A DNA stretch of 64,000 nucleotides, taken from contig OX337235.1 in assembly GCA_946965045.2 (NCBI GenBank), positions 3,162,001 to 3,226,000 on the forward strand, given 5' to 3'. This document shows positions 10,282 to 21,200 of the stretch, piece after piece. The notes under the pieces were generated by a model. It was not told where the DNA came from. It did not search any database and saw only the letters and a program-made list of their open reading frames with translations. Every line of letters starts with the position of its first letter. The first letter of the stretch is position 1. The stretch comes from Epithemia pelagica. Lineage: Eukaryota > Protista > Bacillariophyta. The position numbers and the translations under genes are program-made.

Positions 10282-11598
10282 TCAGTGGTGACTCCCATGA
10301 GAAGAGCGGCGGTTGGAAGGAGCTGGTGTGGCTCCCCATCCACTACCACGAGGGGGAGCAGCGGAACCACGATGGGCCGTGTTGCTGTGAACCTGAGTCG
10401 TACCGGCTCGGGAGCCCGTTTCAATGTGAGTGGGAATAGTGGGTTCCCCACCTTCTTTGAGATCGGCCATCTTTTCCGTAGCCATGCTTGTCACCCAAGC
10501 TCCGTTGATTACCACGGCGTAATGCTTTACACCTTCAGCCACAACCAACGGTGGTTTGATAAACGGTTTCGATGGTTGCGTTGGCTTCGCCGGCTCACAT
10601 TCTTGCTGTGGGACAGGGGTGAGTGAAGCCGGTTCCTCAGCGTTTTTGTCTTCCGAGGAAAGCGCCTCATCCTCCATAATGGAATTCTTCTTGGGAGATT
10701 CATCCTTTTCGGCTTCCTCTTCAGAGGACTCGGACTCGTCGCCCCATACACCTTCCTCGAGGTAGCCGTATTGGACGAGACGGTCTTCCGTCACTTCCCG
10801 GCTGATCGTTTCCTGTGCATCGTAGATCCAGTTTTGGACCACGGCAAAACCATGGAACTTGTTCGGAAGAAACTTCTTTGGGTCATCCTTGCGGCGACCA
10901 GGAGGAAGAAGTACCACAATCGGCAAGACGGGGCTTTTGTGTAGAATGTTAATGGGCTCCGTCAAGCACACCCATTGATAAAAGGGTTGTAGTGTGTGCT
11001 GGATCACGTTGTTCACGTTCTGTAGGAGGTTCAAACGATCCGCAATCTTCTTCGCTCCATGGTCGCGTAGGTTTTGGAGCTCCGGAATCATGGAGCCTCC
11101 GCCACGGTCCGCTTTGTAAAACCACAAGCAATCGTCCATTGCCGAAGCAAGCCCGAAGGCCGCTGAGCAAGTGCGTTTCACCGTAGAGGGGAAGGAAATT
11201 GTTCGGGGAATATGGCGGTCAAGGATTTTGGCAAAAACCATGTTCTTGTCGGTTGATTCGCCATCGCCTCCCTGGGAATCATCGTCGTCGATCAAAATCT
11301 CGGCAAGCTTCTGAGCTGGTTTCTTTTCTTCCTCTTTTGAGGAAAATGCCCCCGCCTTCAGTGCTTTGGATGCTTCTTCCTTCGACACTTTCCTGACGAC
11401 GCCATCAGGGGAGCGGATTTCTACGAGTCTCACGGAGGAGCCTCCAGTGTCATCCGAAGCGTCGGACTCGCGTTTCTCAACACGGGTTTTCTTCTTTTTG
11501 GGAATCGTGTCAAGGGGCTCATCCTTTTGCGTGCCATCTTCCTTAGAAGCGGCGGCAGCGGGAGGCCTTTTCGGAGCGGCTTTGCGTTCACGTGCCAT
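10282..11598 (-). CDS. Hypothetical ~438-aa charged protein convergent with the putative transposase (possible second gene of the same element)
   Basis: Long ORF from ATG 11598 (MARERKAAPKR...); basic N-terminus, globular middle, acidic stretch. No family recognised. Confidence 0.55.
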   Translation of the reverse strand: MARERKAAPKRPPAAAASKEDGTQKDEPLDTIPKKKKTRVEKRESDASDDTGGSSVRLVEIRSPDGVVRKVSKEEASKALKAGAFSSKEEEKKPAQKLAEILIDDDDSQGGDGESTDKNMVFAKILDRHIPRTISFPSTVKRTCSAAFGLASAMDDCLWFYKADRGGGSMIPELQNLRDHGAKKIADRLNLLQNVNNVIQHTLQPFYQWVCLTEPINILHKSPVLPIVVLLPPGRRKDDPKKFLPNKFHGFAVVQNWIYDAQETISREVTEDRLVQYGYLEEGVWGDESESSEEEAEKDESPKKNSIMEDEALSSEDKNAEEPASLTPVPQQECEPAKPTQPSKPFIKPPLVVAEGVKHYAVVINGAWVTSMATEKMADLKEGGEPTIPTHIETGSRAGTTQVHSNTAHRGSAAPPRGSGWGATPAPSNRRSSHGSHH

Positions 11599-12010
11599 GG
11601 TCAAGTGAACACCAGTAGGATCCAATGGGAAACACTGGTGGGTATGGGAATGGTGAGAAGTTACTTGCAACGTTGGGCGCAGTGACTCAATTTGTAAACG
11701 AACTGTGTGTGAGTGATTGCTTCCACTATTTTGTTGTGTGACAGTTCTGGTACTGGTTCACGTACCTAGGTACATACGTGATACTGGTAGGCTTTTCACG
11801 TTGAAATTAGCGATTTTCATGTAAACCTATTAGACCGGTTTGTGTCACGATTTTTATGGATGGGTTTGATTGGTTAATTTTCTATTCCTATCGTTTTTCT
11901 ATCATTTTGTTGAGTGGTTCGTAATTTTTACTATAGTCTTAATTGTACTGATTCGATTCCTTGTGCGACGTGCTGTGGGTGGCTTTGGGTTGGGAGTGAT
12001 TGGGAGTGAA

Positions 12011-12122
12011 TCTTTCCCCCTTTCCCCCCTCGCCTCTTCTTCTTTCTTTCCCCTTCCTTCCCCCCTCTTTCCCCCCTCCCTCTGCGCCTTTTCCCCCCCC
12101 CTAGCCCGGGGGGGGGGGGGGG
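12011..12122 (+). repeat. Polypyrimidine tract followed by C9-TAGCCC-G15
   Basis: Directly visible: ~90 nt of almost pure C/T, C9 at 12093-12101 and G15 at 12108-12122. Confidence 0.85.
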
Positions 12123-12867
12123 TTGACAGGAAAGGCAACACCTTGCCATGGGTGGTTGGGGACTGGTGGCATTATTTGTTAGTTGGGTCGTTGCAGCAAT
12201 CAACCTTCCTCACTGCAATGCTTTGTGCGACTCTCTCGGCATGAAAAACATTCCAGATTCCAGGAAGGTGCCTCTGCTATGAATCGTGCAATGGTGACTG
12301 GTGAGGACATGTATGTGACAATGTGACTGCAATGTGACACACTCAAAGTATCATATTGCTGTGTCTGTCATTGTTTCTGAAACAGAATGATAAAGAATGT
12401 CCGTTCAATGAGTTTCATTTAATGAAAATCTTTCACTCATTTAAATGTGATCCGGCAATCACATTGAAAGAAAGTTCTGTTTCTGAAAAGACAAAAAGTG
12501 ATTCCCGTAAAAGAAACGTCACCTCGTCATTCACCTCGTCTGTAAGGTGACTTCTAGGGTGACCCTACCATAGTTCCACCGTACTAAAAAATGACGAGTA
12601 AATGACGCCCTATGCCCTTTCTTCGTCATTTTTTTCTAAGGAGAGAATTGTTAAATAACTTCTTCGCTATTTAGTGTACTTCTCGATGACACCTTGTTCA
12701 AATACGACTGGTCACAAGGTACGGGCACGTGCGGCGTTTCACCTTGCTTGCACGCAAGGCGTGCAGCATCGTTTTCTTCCTTTTTGCGGATCGACACCAA
12801 TTCATTTTGCACCCATTCTCAACAAACACAAAAGAGGAAGATCGGAAACGACATTTGCTTTACGACC

Positions 12868-14368
12868 ATGGCACCCCGTCGAGCTCCTAATGCACAAACC
12901 CCTAGCTGTAAGTTTAATAGCTCAGGAAAGATTACAAACTGGTCGAAGGAATGGGATGAGGCGAAGCAACTTGAGCTTCTTGTCTCGCAAGGCCTGATCC
13001 CGAAGGAGTGGACAGCTTCGCAAGTGATGCGAAAGTGTCCGAACTTCGAGAAGTTCACCTGCAAGGCATTGGCCTCTGCTCTTGCCAACTGTCGAAAGAA
13101 GCACTTCAAAGAGGTGATGGATCGCTCCTCCCATGTCCCTGGAGTCGAATGTGAGTTTGATTGTTGCATTGTGGTTTTCCTTCCATCCTTGCTTCCTTCC
13201 TTGCTGTGAATTCTTCCCTCGTTGCTTCTCCACTAAATCAATCCCCTGTCTTACCTTTTCCTCTTTATATGGTTGCAGACCATGGGTTGATCCCAACAAT
13301 CCCTGAAGAAGGGGATGATCGTGCCACCATTGCTGGCGGTATGACCATTGATGGTTTTTCCATGGTTGCCTCCGTGTCTGGTCGAGGTGGGGGACAGTCA
13401 GACGACCGCTCGGTTTCCAGTCGCGCTTCTGCTACGAGTCGTGGTGGGGGGGTTCAGTCTCGAGTCGTACTATGCGCGCATCAAATGCTACTTCTTCTCG
13501 CAGTGCCTCTAGCTCCTCTAGTGTGAAGGTTGTTTTTACTACGATGACGTCGACCACCCTTAGTGCGATGCAATATTTTATGGACATATGGAAGGACCCC
13601 CAGCTCCGCAAGCGCTGTAGCTTGCAGATGGTTTTGCCTTCGGGCAATAACCCCGTCATCCGAGTACGTGTTGCAGCATCTGGTTGGGAGCTCGTCATCA
13701 CGCTTGTGATGAATACCTACATGACGTTGGCCGAGTTAGCCTTCAACTCCTACACGTTGAATAGAGACGTCGTCAAGAATGACATGAGTGGGAACACGGC
13801 GAAACTCGTTTCGGATATCATGACCATGCATCCGAAGATCATTGCCCGTCGCTCGATGCTCGAGAAGTTGAAGAAAGAGCGATCGGAGCATCTCATCGAT
13901 GAGTTCCGCTTGAAGTTGCCCTTCCCCGTTGAGAACCGCTACGTGAATGAGAGTGAAGATCCTAACTTCAATGGGATCAACATCTACTGTTATCCCGATG
14001 GGTCCAAGCACATGCACGTCGAGCTACTTGGCCGTCAACAAGGATCCTACTCCTTGACCTCTGCTGATGACATGTCTGTCAAATCTACTGCCGAAATTCC
14101 GGTCTATCCTACTGCCTCTGTCCCAGGGTCAGTTTCAATCGGTCAATTCCCTGCTTCTCCTTACAGATCGTCGTCACGCCGTCAGTCGGACAGCAATTCG
14201 ACAATCTGTTCAAATCTGTCCACGCTGTCAAACACTCCCGAGTCACGTCGTACTCGTCATGCATGCAAAACTCCACGCGGCCACGAGAACAGCGACAACA
14301 ACGACGGAGCCAACCTCAACAACGACGACGATGCAAACATGGTGGACAACTCGAACGAACAAACTTGA
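12868..14368 (+). CDS. Hypothetical protein, probable transposon accessory gene; intron 13151-13278; 1-nt frameshift in the G run near 13445
   Basis: ATG 12868; GTGAGT...TTGCAG intron. One extra G would join the frames (GGSVSSRTMRASN). The N-terminal WSKEWDEAKQLELLVSQG...FEKF...ALANCRK unit resembles the 945 protein repeat. Confidence 0.6.
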
Positions 14369-14750
14369 TCTTATAGACTACGTCGTGCTGAGACTGATAT
14401 TGGTTGAGCTTCTTTCCAAGTTTCCAATATTACTAACCTATCTCTATTAGCTTTATTCGATGAATCATAGTACTTCGAACATCTCTAGAATAGGTAAATT
14501 TCTATGACGTGGCCAAAGATCTAGGTTGAGGTGAAAGGTGACCTTTCCCGTACCTTCCTGGATTGGATCCAAATCTTTCCGAAAATGTGTGTGGTCAGTG
14601 TTCTTCTTTGAGGCGAAACGTGGTGTGGTCAGTGTTATTTGTCACGGGTAGCTATCTTTGCAAACCGAATGGTGGCCAGTGGTTCAAACGCAAGGAAAAC
14701 AGTAGTTCGTGTGCTCCCTCATGATCACTGAATAGATCCATCCAAAGGGC

Positions 14751-14827
14751 TGATCTTGACAAATGGAACCAACCCCTCTGTGGTATTGGGACCCAAGTTG
14801 ATCTTGACACATGGAACCAACCCCTCT
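14751..14827 (+). repeat. Two copies of a 29-bp direct repeat TGATCTTGACA(A/C)ATGGAACCAACCCCTCT just upstream of the copia insertion site
   Basis: Copies at 14751-14779 and 14799-14827. Confidence 0.85.
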
Positions 14828-14838
14828 TATGCAAGAAG

Positions 14839-15574
14839 TAGTAGAACTCCCACCGAAAATCATCGGTTAGGTTCGGCACCTCATCGGTTAGTCGAGTCCC
14901 GTCCACACTACATACCTAGCTTCGCGCTAGCTCAACATATATTTCGGTCGCATATACCAAAAAGTGAGAACAGATTGACGAACGTGCTACCAAGAATCAA
15001 CTTTGGTCTTGATATCCCATCAACGGACGATCATCCGTTGAACATCCGAGCCTGACCTATGCCCTAAGCGTGCGCGCCCAAATTCGTCAAGACGCGCGCA
15101 AGAACCATCCGAGCGTGGCGACCATGTATCCGACCCAACGGTCTAAATACACAAGGCACGAATCACAATCACGCGAGACCATATCATCGTTCCCACTATT
15201 TCAAGATTGCAAACAAGGACGCGCCAACAAAACTACATATACCAACTTTAGCCAAGATTCGTTGAGGCTGTACATGATATACAAGCACATATACATGTTA
15301 TATACCTCACATACATCAACTCCAACCATTCCAGTCCTATCACCGCCAAGAACCTATTTCACACGATCGACAACAAGAATGGAAACCTCACACACCAAAC
15401 CTAGTAGTAAGCTCACAATCATTAACATTACCATATCATCACGTCTTCAGTGTCCTGACTATCCCTACGATAGAACCCTTGGGTTTCCTTTGTTCTCGGA
15501 CCCGTGGAGAACCTTGGTATCAGTTGGTAATCGATTGTGGCTCTTCTACAGCGTGTACTGACGGAATTCTACTA
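14839..15574 (+). repeat. 5' LTR (736 bp), termini TAGTAGAA...TTCTACTA
   Basis: Matches 22207-22972 apart from 3 transitions and a 30-bp indel that I could see. Confidence 0.95.
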
Positions 15575-15589
15575 GATTAACAGTCTCAC
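15575..15589 (+). promoter_or_regulatory. Putative primer-binding site GATTAACAGTCTCAC, complementary to a tRNA-Asn(GUU) anticodon arm
   Basis: Immediately follows the 5' LTR. The reverse complement G-TGAGA-CT-GTT-AA-TC fits tRNA positions ~26-40. No TGG (3'-CCA-type) PBS is present. Confidence 0.6.
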
Positions 15590-15613
15590 CTGTCTCATTT
15601 CCCCGAAGTTTTC

Positions 15614-16393
15614 ATGTCCAGTGACCCCAATACTCCTGTCCGTCGGATCTACAACGCTTTCCAGCAGAGTGGTGACCCAACACAGCAGATTGCCGTCCAC
15701 CCTGGCGAATTCCTCATCGAGACGCCCTCTAACTCCCCGGAGAAGGCTAGCACGCCTAATCCGTTCCAGACTCCCGATCAAGTCGTCCCTCCGCCGTCCG
15801 ACCCGAATCGCCCACCGAACACCCTTGCACGCCGACCGAGTACACCTCCTCGCCCGAACCCAACTCGCACCCGACGTACGAGCCGTCTCATCAACGCGCA
15901 CCTCCGTTACTTCCGCGAGCCATCCGAGTATCAGAGCGACCCGGACCACATCCGTTCGACGCTTGAACACGAGGTCTCGTTCGAGTCCGCCCAACCCGTC
16001 GTCGACCTAGAGGATATCCAACGACTCCTAGACTTGCTATACCAATCTCCAAGCTACCGGTACATAGCGACGACCCTATCGACCACCTCATCAGGCTGCC
16101 TTCGGGTACGCTTCCTTACTTTCCAGCGTCCGGTCAATTACTTCCATACCATTTGGGTCGTGAACAAGACTAACCAACCTCTTCCTACCTTGACTACCCG
16201 TCTCGACGACTACGTTGGTTTCATCCACGTTATCAAGTTGCACCAGGACTTCCGTGCCACTATCTTCCCTCTACTCACCCAACCAGTGAACCACCTAGTT
16301 GAGGACCACAACGGCAACGAAGAAGCTACCTCTGTTACTGAGTCTCCGATTCAACTTGATTACCACAACGAGCCCAGAAGTGACCACGTTTAA
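15614..16393 (+). CDS. Extra 259-aa leader ORF of the copia element (unknown function)
   Basis: ATG-initiated ORF filling most of the space between the PBS and gag; Pro-rich N-half, beta-rich C-half. Confidence 0.5.
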   Translation: MSSDPNTPVRRIYNAFQQSGDPTQQIAVHPGEFLIETPSNSPEKASTPNPFQTPDQVVPPPSDPNRPPNTLARRPSTPPRPNPTRTRRTSRLINAHLRYFREPSEYQSDPDHIRSTLEHEVSFESAQPVVDLEDIQRLLDLLYQSPSYRYIATTLSTTSSGCLRVRFLTFQRPVNYFHTIWVVNKTNQPLPTLTTRLDDYVGFIHVIKLHQDFRATIFPLLTQPVNHLVEDHNGNEEATSVTESPIQLDYHNEPRSDHV

Positions 16394-16540
16394 GTATATT
16401 TAAGTAGTTTTCACACCAAACCAGAAACAAGACCGAGTTCCGCACATCCGGGTTACTTTTCGGACATCACATAACTAAAGTTTTCGACTAAGACATCACA
16501 GGACACATATCAACATATCTTATCACCAAGTCAAGCAATC

Positions 16541-18223
16541 ATGGAACCAACTACACCGACCACACCAGAGTTCAACCCCAATCAAAGTATATCTGATCAA
16601 GAAGTCTTTGATCATATTACTCAGGTGTTGTTCAACTTTTCCAAGGAAAGGGTCAATGTACTGGTGAAATGGATGCACCATCATGCTTTTGATGATATCC
16701 TTAGTATCATTGAACATATGGCGATTGACCCTGAGAAGAACATGGATAGTATGACAAAATACAAGTCAGGAAAACAAATGCACGACCTACATGTCAATAC
16801 AAGCCAGCAGATCAAGTTGCTTGCCCATTGGTTCCGACAAACGAGTATCGACATTCAGGGTATACCTTCCAAGGCAACCTGGATGAATCTGACCAAGGCA
16901 GAATTTGATCTATGGAGTATAAACACTGACTTTTGCTCTGGAAGCCCTATCACTGACCCAGTATCACCTATGAAATCTCCATCCCATTCGACGTCACCCA
17001 AATCGTTTAGTACTACTTCTGCTGCATCACAGTCCCAACTGGACCTAACCGCATTCAAGAAGGGAACCAAGCGTGACGCTATGGCATATGAAACATTCAA
17101 GGATGAACAATACTACGACACGTTCTGGAGGACTTTCAAGACCACAGCAAAAGCCCAAAGTTTATCTAATGTTCTTGACTTCCGATACAAGCCGCCAACA
17201 AATGATACGTATGCAACAGAACTTTTCCAAGAGCAACAAATCTTCCTATACTCCGTCCTTGTGCGCATCATCCAGACTGATCAAGGAAGAGCTTATGTTC
17301 GCGAACATGAACATGATGAAGACGCACGAGCAGTGTTACAGAAGCTTCACACATTGCATACGAAGTCAGACTTAGCAAAACGAGAGGTCTTACGATTAAC
17401 CAATTACATCTCCAACCTTCGCCTCGATGATACATGGCGTGGATCATCACGTCAATTCTTGCTTCATTTCCAAGACAAACTACGTTTACTCGATAACCTT
17501 GTTGATCTCTCTGATCGCATACCTGATCACACCAGGATGACGTTTCTTATGCAAGCTGTGGAGAAGGTACCTGACCTTCGCAGAGTTAAAATCTTGGACA
17601 ACGTCGTCAACACGAAGTCTGGAGCAAAGTCTTTATGTTATCAGTCGTACTTCTCCATTTTGATGGACGCAGCATATGACCATGATCAAGTCACGCAATC
17701 TTCTGCAACTGGTCGTCGTCGTAGTGTCAAGCAACACGAGCAACACGAAACACAACATGATATTGAGGGATCCCTTCAGGAAGACGATGCATATCAGATA
17801 AACAATACCAATGTCCAAGATGATAACACGGCATCTCCAAAAGCCAGTCTTCCTCGTGACCTATGGTTTAAACTTCCTGAGGATGCTCGCAAGATGATTG
17901 TTGAGTATAACAAGAACGTGCAAGCTTCTACTCCGAGTCCAAGAAAGGTACAGCAACACTCCCTTGACATTGATCCTGAACCTGATCCTGACCCTGGTCA
18001 AGATGTTTTCGATGACCTGGATAACCCCACATATCCGCAGGATGATTCCGATCCAGCCACCCATCTCATCCATCAAGCAATGACGTCAACCGACCTCAAT
18101 CACCCAGCTTCTGATTTGTCTAATGTTCTATCCAATGCCGCATCCAAGACGAGTAAGAAAGTTAGTTTCAAACAGAATGAGCACAAGCAGAAGGTCCACA
18201 TGACTCAATATATGTTCTCTTGA
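16541..18223 (+). CDS. gag: Copia gag (560 aa), ending at an in-frame TGA just before the protease
   Basis: FKKGTKRDAMAYETFKDEQYYDTFWRTF...AQ.LSNVLD..Y.P gag-like core. The frame continues after the TGA into LIDRGANGG. Confidence 0.85.
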   Translation: MEPTTPTTPEFNPNQSISDQEVFDHITQVLFNFSKERVNVLVKWMHHHAFDDILSIIEHMAIDPEKNMDSMTKYKSGKQMHDLHVNTSQQIKLLAHWFRQTSIDIQGIPSKATWMNLTKAEFDLWSINTDFCSGSPITDPVSPMKSPSHSTSPKSFSTTSAASQSQLDLTAFKKGTKRDAMAYETFKDEQYYDTFWRTFKTTAKAQSLSNVLDFRYKPPTNDTYATELFQEQQIFLYSVLVRIIQTDQGRAYVREHEHDEDARAVLQKLHTLHTKSDLAKREVLRLTNYISNLRLDDTWRGSSRQFLLHFQDKLRLLDNLVDLSDRIPDHTRMTFLMQAVEKVPDLRRVKILDNVVNTKSGAKSLCYQSYFSILMDAAYDHDQVTQSSATGRRRSVKQHEQHETQHDIEGSLQEDDAYQINNTNVQDDNTASPKASLPRDLWFKLPEDARKMIVEYNKNVQASTPSPRKVQQHSLDIDPEPDPDPGQDVFDDLDNPTYPQDDSDPATHLIHQAMTSTDLNHPASDLSNVLSNAASKTSKKVSFKQNEHKQKVHMTQYMFS

Positions 18224-21200
18224 AAGTCGACTTATACTGGGAATCAACTCATTGATCGTGGTGCCAATGGTGGTTTAGCCGTAGCTGATATGCGTATTCT
18301 TTCCAAGACAGGTCGTAACATCACGATTGTGGGAATCGACAACCATGAACTTACTGGTCTCCCCATTGTCACTTGTGCTGCCAAGTTTGAAACTAATGAT
18401 GGACCAATGGTTGGCATCTTCAACGAATATGCATACTATGGAAAAGGACAGTCTATAAATGCGCCTTGTCAATTGGAACATTATGGGCTATCTGTGGATG
18501 AACGTTCTGTCAAGGTGGATGGAAAGCAACGTATCACTACCCTTGATGGACGTGCATTACCTCTATGTATCAAGGATGGACTTGCCTTTATCCACTCATT
18601 AGGTATCCCTTCTGATGATGACATGGACCGATTGCCGCAAATCATCTTTACTTCGCCATCTACTTGGGACCCCTCTGTTCTTGACCATACTCATTCAGAT
18701 CCACAGCATGATGCTTCTACTACATGGCATCAGGTTGCGACCGATGGCAGTATGGCACGTTATCCATATGACACGTATGGGGAGTACACTGATCGTGTTG
18801 TCTGCAATCTCAATCTTCTCCTTGACCTTCCTTATGACCACGGACCCGACAACACCACATATTTCTCTATCTATGCTGATGCTAATGGTGAAGACCCAAC
18901 CCTTCAACATGCATCTGTCCATCGTCGTTATGTGGAAGAACATGATTGGAAACAATTTCGTCCCTTCTTTGGTTGGCAATCCGAGGAAGTTATTGCCGAT
19001 ACTTTCAAGCATACTACACGACATGCTAATGTGATTTTTGACTGTGACACTCTCAAGAAACATTTCAAGGCACGCAACCCTATCCTGAATCTACCACGTC
19101 GTCATGAACCCGTTGCTACCGATTTGATCTTTTCTGATACACCTGCTGTTGATCATGGTGGAAAGGTGGCTCAAATTTTTGTTGGCCGCAATACTCTTGT
19201 CACTGATATTTACGGTATCAAGTCTACCAAGCAATTTGTGAACACTCTTCAAGACAATATACGCATGCAAGGTGTTATGGAGACACTCATTAGTGATGGG
19301 GGTTCATCTCTCATTTCCCATAAGGTTAAGGATATCCTTCGCACCTTGCTCATCGGGGAGTATCGCTCTGAACCATACCACCAGCATCAGAACAAAGCCG
19401 AGAATCGTTATCAGACCGTTAAACGAATGACGAACGCTATCATGAATGCAACTGGATGCCCGGCCAATGTTTGGTTACTTTGCCTTGAATATGTCTGTGA
19501 CTTATTGAATCATTCTTCTTCACCTGCACACTCTGGACGTACTCCTATTGAGGCTCTCACCGGTCACCCTCCCGACATTTCGCACCTCCTGTTCTTTCCT
19601 TTCTGGGATGAAGTCTACTATCGTGTTGACCCCTCCGAACCGTCGTCTGGTCCCTACCCTTCTTCGACCGATGAGAAACTTGGCCATTGGGTTGGTTTTG
19701 CTCACAACGTTGGTGATGCTTTTACATGGAAGATTTTGTCTGCTGACAACCATATCCTCTACCGTTCCGCTGTTCGCCGTGTCGCTTCCACTACACCCAA
19801 CCTTCGTGTGGATCGACCTTCAGGGGAGACGTCTCCGAAAGATGACACTGATAAGCAGGCTGACACTGTCTTCATTCGCAGTAAAAGTGAAGATCCATCC
19901 AAACCAATGCCTACAATCGATTACAAAGACATGATAGGACGCACTTTCCTATGCGACACTGAAGAAAATGGGGAGCGTCATCGAGCACGCGTTGTCAAAC
20001 GAGTTGTAGATCTTAATGAAGAATCACTCAAGCAAGAAGAACGCATCAAGTACATCTACCGCAAGACAAATTCTGACGTTGATGAAATGATCTCTTATAA
20101 CCAGTTGATGGAGTATATTGAGAGGGACAATCAAGCGCAGACCTCGGGAGATATTTGTTCCGTTTCAGGGATGTTATTGCACATCAAGGCCCACTGTCTT
20201 CAACCGACCCGGACTATAAGGGGAGTAAGTATAACTTGCTTGTGGATTGGGAAACTGGGGAGACAACCTATGAACCACTCTCCCTTATTGCCAACGACGA
20301 CCCAATCACCGTTGCCATATATGGAAAGAAGCATGGGCTCCTCAACGAACCAGGATGGAAACACCTGAAACGCTACGTCAAGACGAGTAAACGCCTGATA
20401 CGTGCTGCAAAACAATCAAGGATCAAACAAGTACGTCGATCAGTCAAGTATAAGTTTGGATTCCAAGTCCCTCGAGATTACGCTGAGGCTGTCAATATTG
20501 ACAAACAAAATGGTACCACAAGGTGGCAAGACGCAACTGAATTGGAACTGTCTCAGATACAATCATATGAGACATTCAAGGACCATGGGAAGGCCATCTT
20601 CACAAATGGCAAGGTATCAAATGCACCTGAGGGATATCAAAAGATTCAAGTGCATCTCGTTTTTGATGTGAAACATGATGGTAGGCACAAGGCACGACTT
20701 GTTGCAGATGGACACTTGACAAAGGAACCTGTGGAAACGATCTACTCTGGAGTTGTTTCTATTCGCAACCTACGAATTGCTTTATTCCTTGGATCTCTGA
20801 ACGATCTAGAAGTATGGGGAGCAGACATTGGGAATGCGTGTCTTGAAGCATTGACTGGGGAGAAGTTATATATTGTGGCAGGACCCGAGTTCAAGGATCT
20901 AGAAGGTCACATCCTCATCATCTACAAGGCCATCTATGGTCTCAAATCTTCAGCAGGCGCACGATGGCATGATGTCCTTTTTGACGTCCTCACCGATATG
21001 GGTTTCTCACCAAGCAAGGCAGATCCTGACATTTGGATGAGAAAAGCACCTCGGGAGGATTGCTACGAATACATCGCCGTATATGTGGATGACTTAGCCA
21101 TCATAGCTACTGACCCTGGAAACATTTGCAAAGTCTTCAAGGAAAAGTACAACTTCAAGCTTAAGGGAGATGGACCTATTGACTATCACCTGGGATACCG

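Noticed and set aside
3349-12122. The two poly-G runs as termini of the Mutator-like unit
   Set aside because: They are in the same orientation, with no shared adjacent sequence and no flanking TSD.
6285-12571. 9-bp direct repeat CCTACCATA (near 6285 and 12563) as a Mutator-type TSD
   Set aside because: The enclosed ends are not inverted repeats, and one 9-bp match between two windows of several hundred bp is expected by chance.
1907-14545. AAGGTCACCTT / AAGGTGACCTT as TIRs of a large Harbinger element
   Set aside because: The motif is itself quasi-palindromic, the match does not extend inward, and the right copy lacks a TWA flank.
15070-15561. 163-aa ORF (and its twin at 22468-22959)
   Set aside because: It lies wholly inside the LTRs, starts at GTG and has no recognisable motif. 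Its duplication simply reflects LTR identity.
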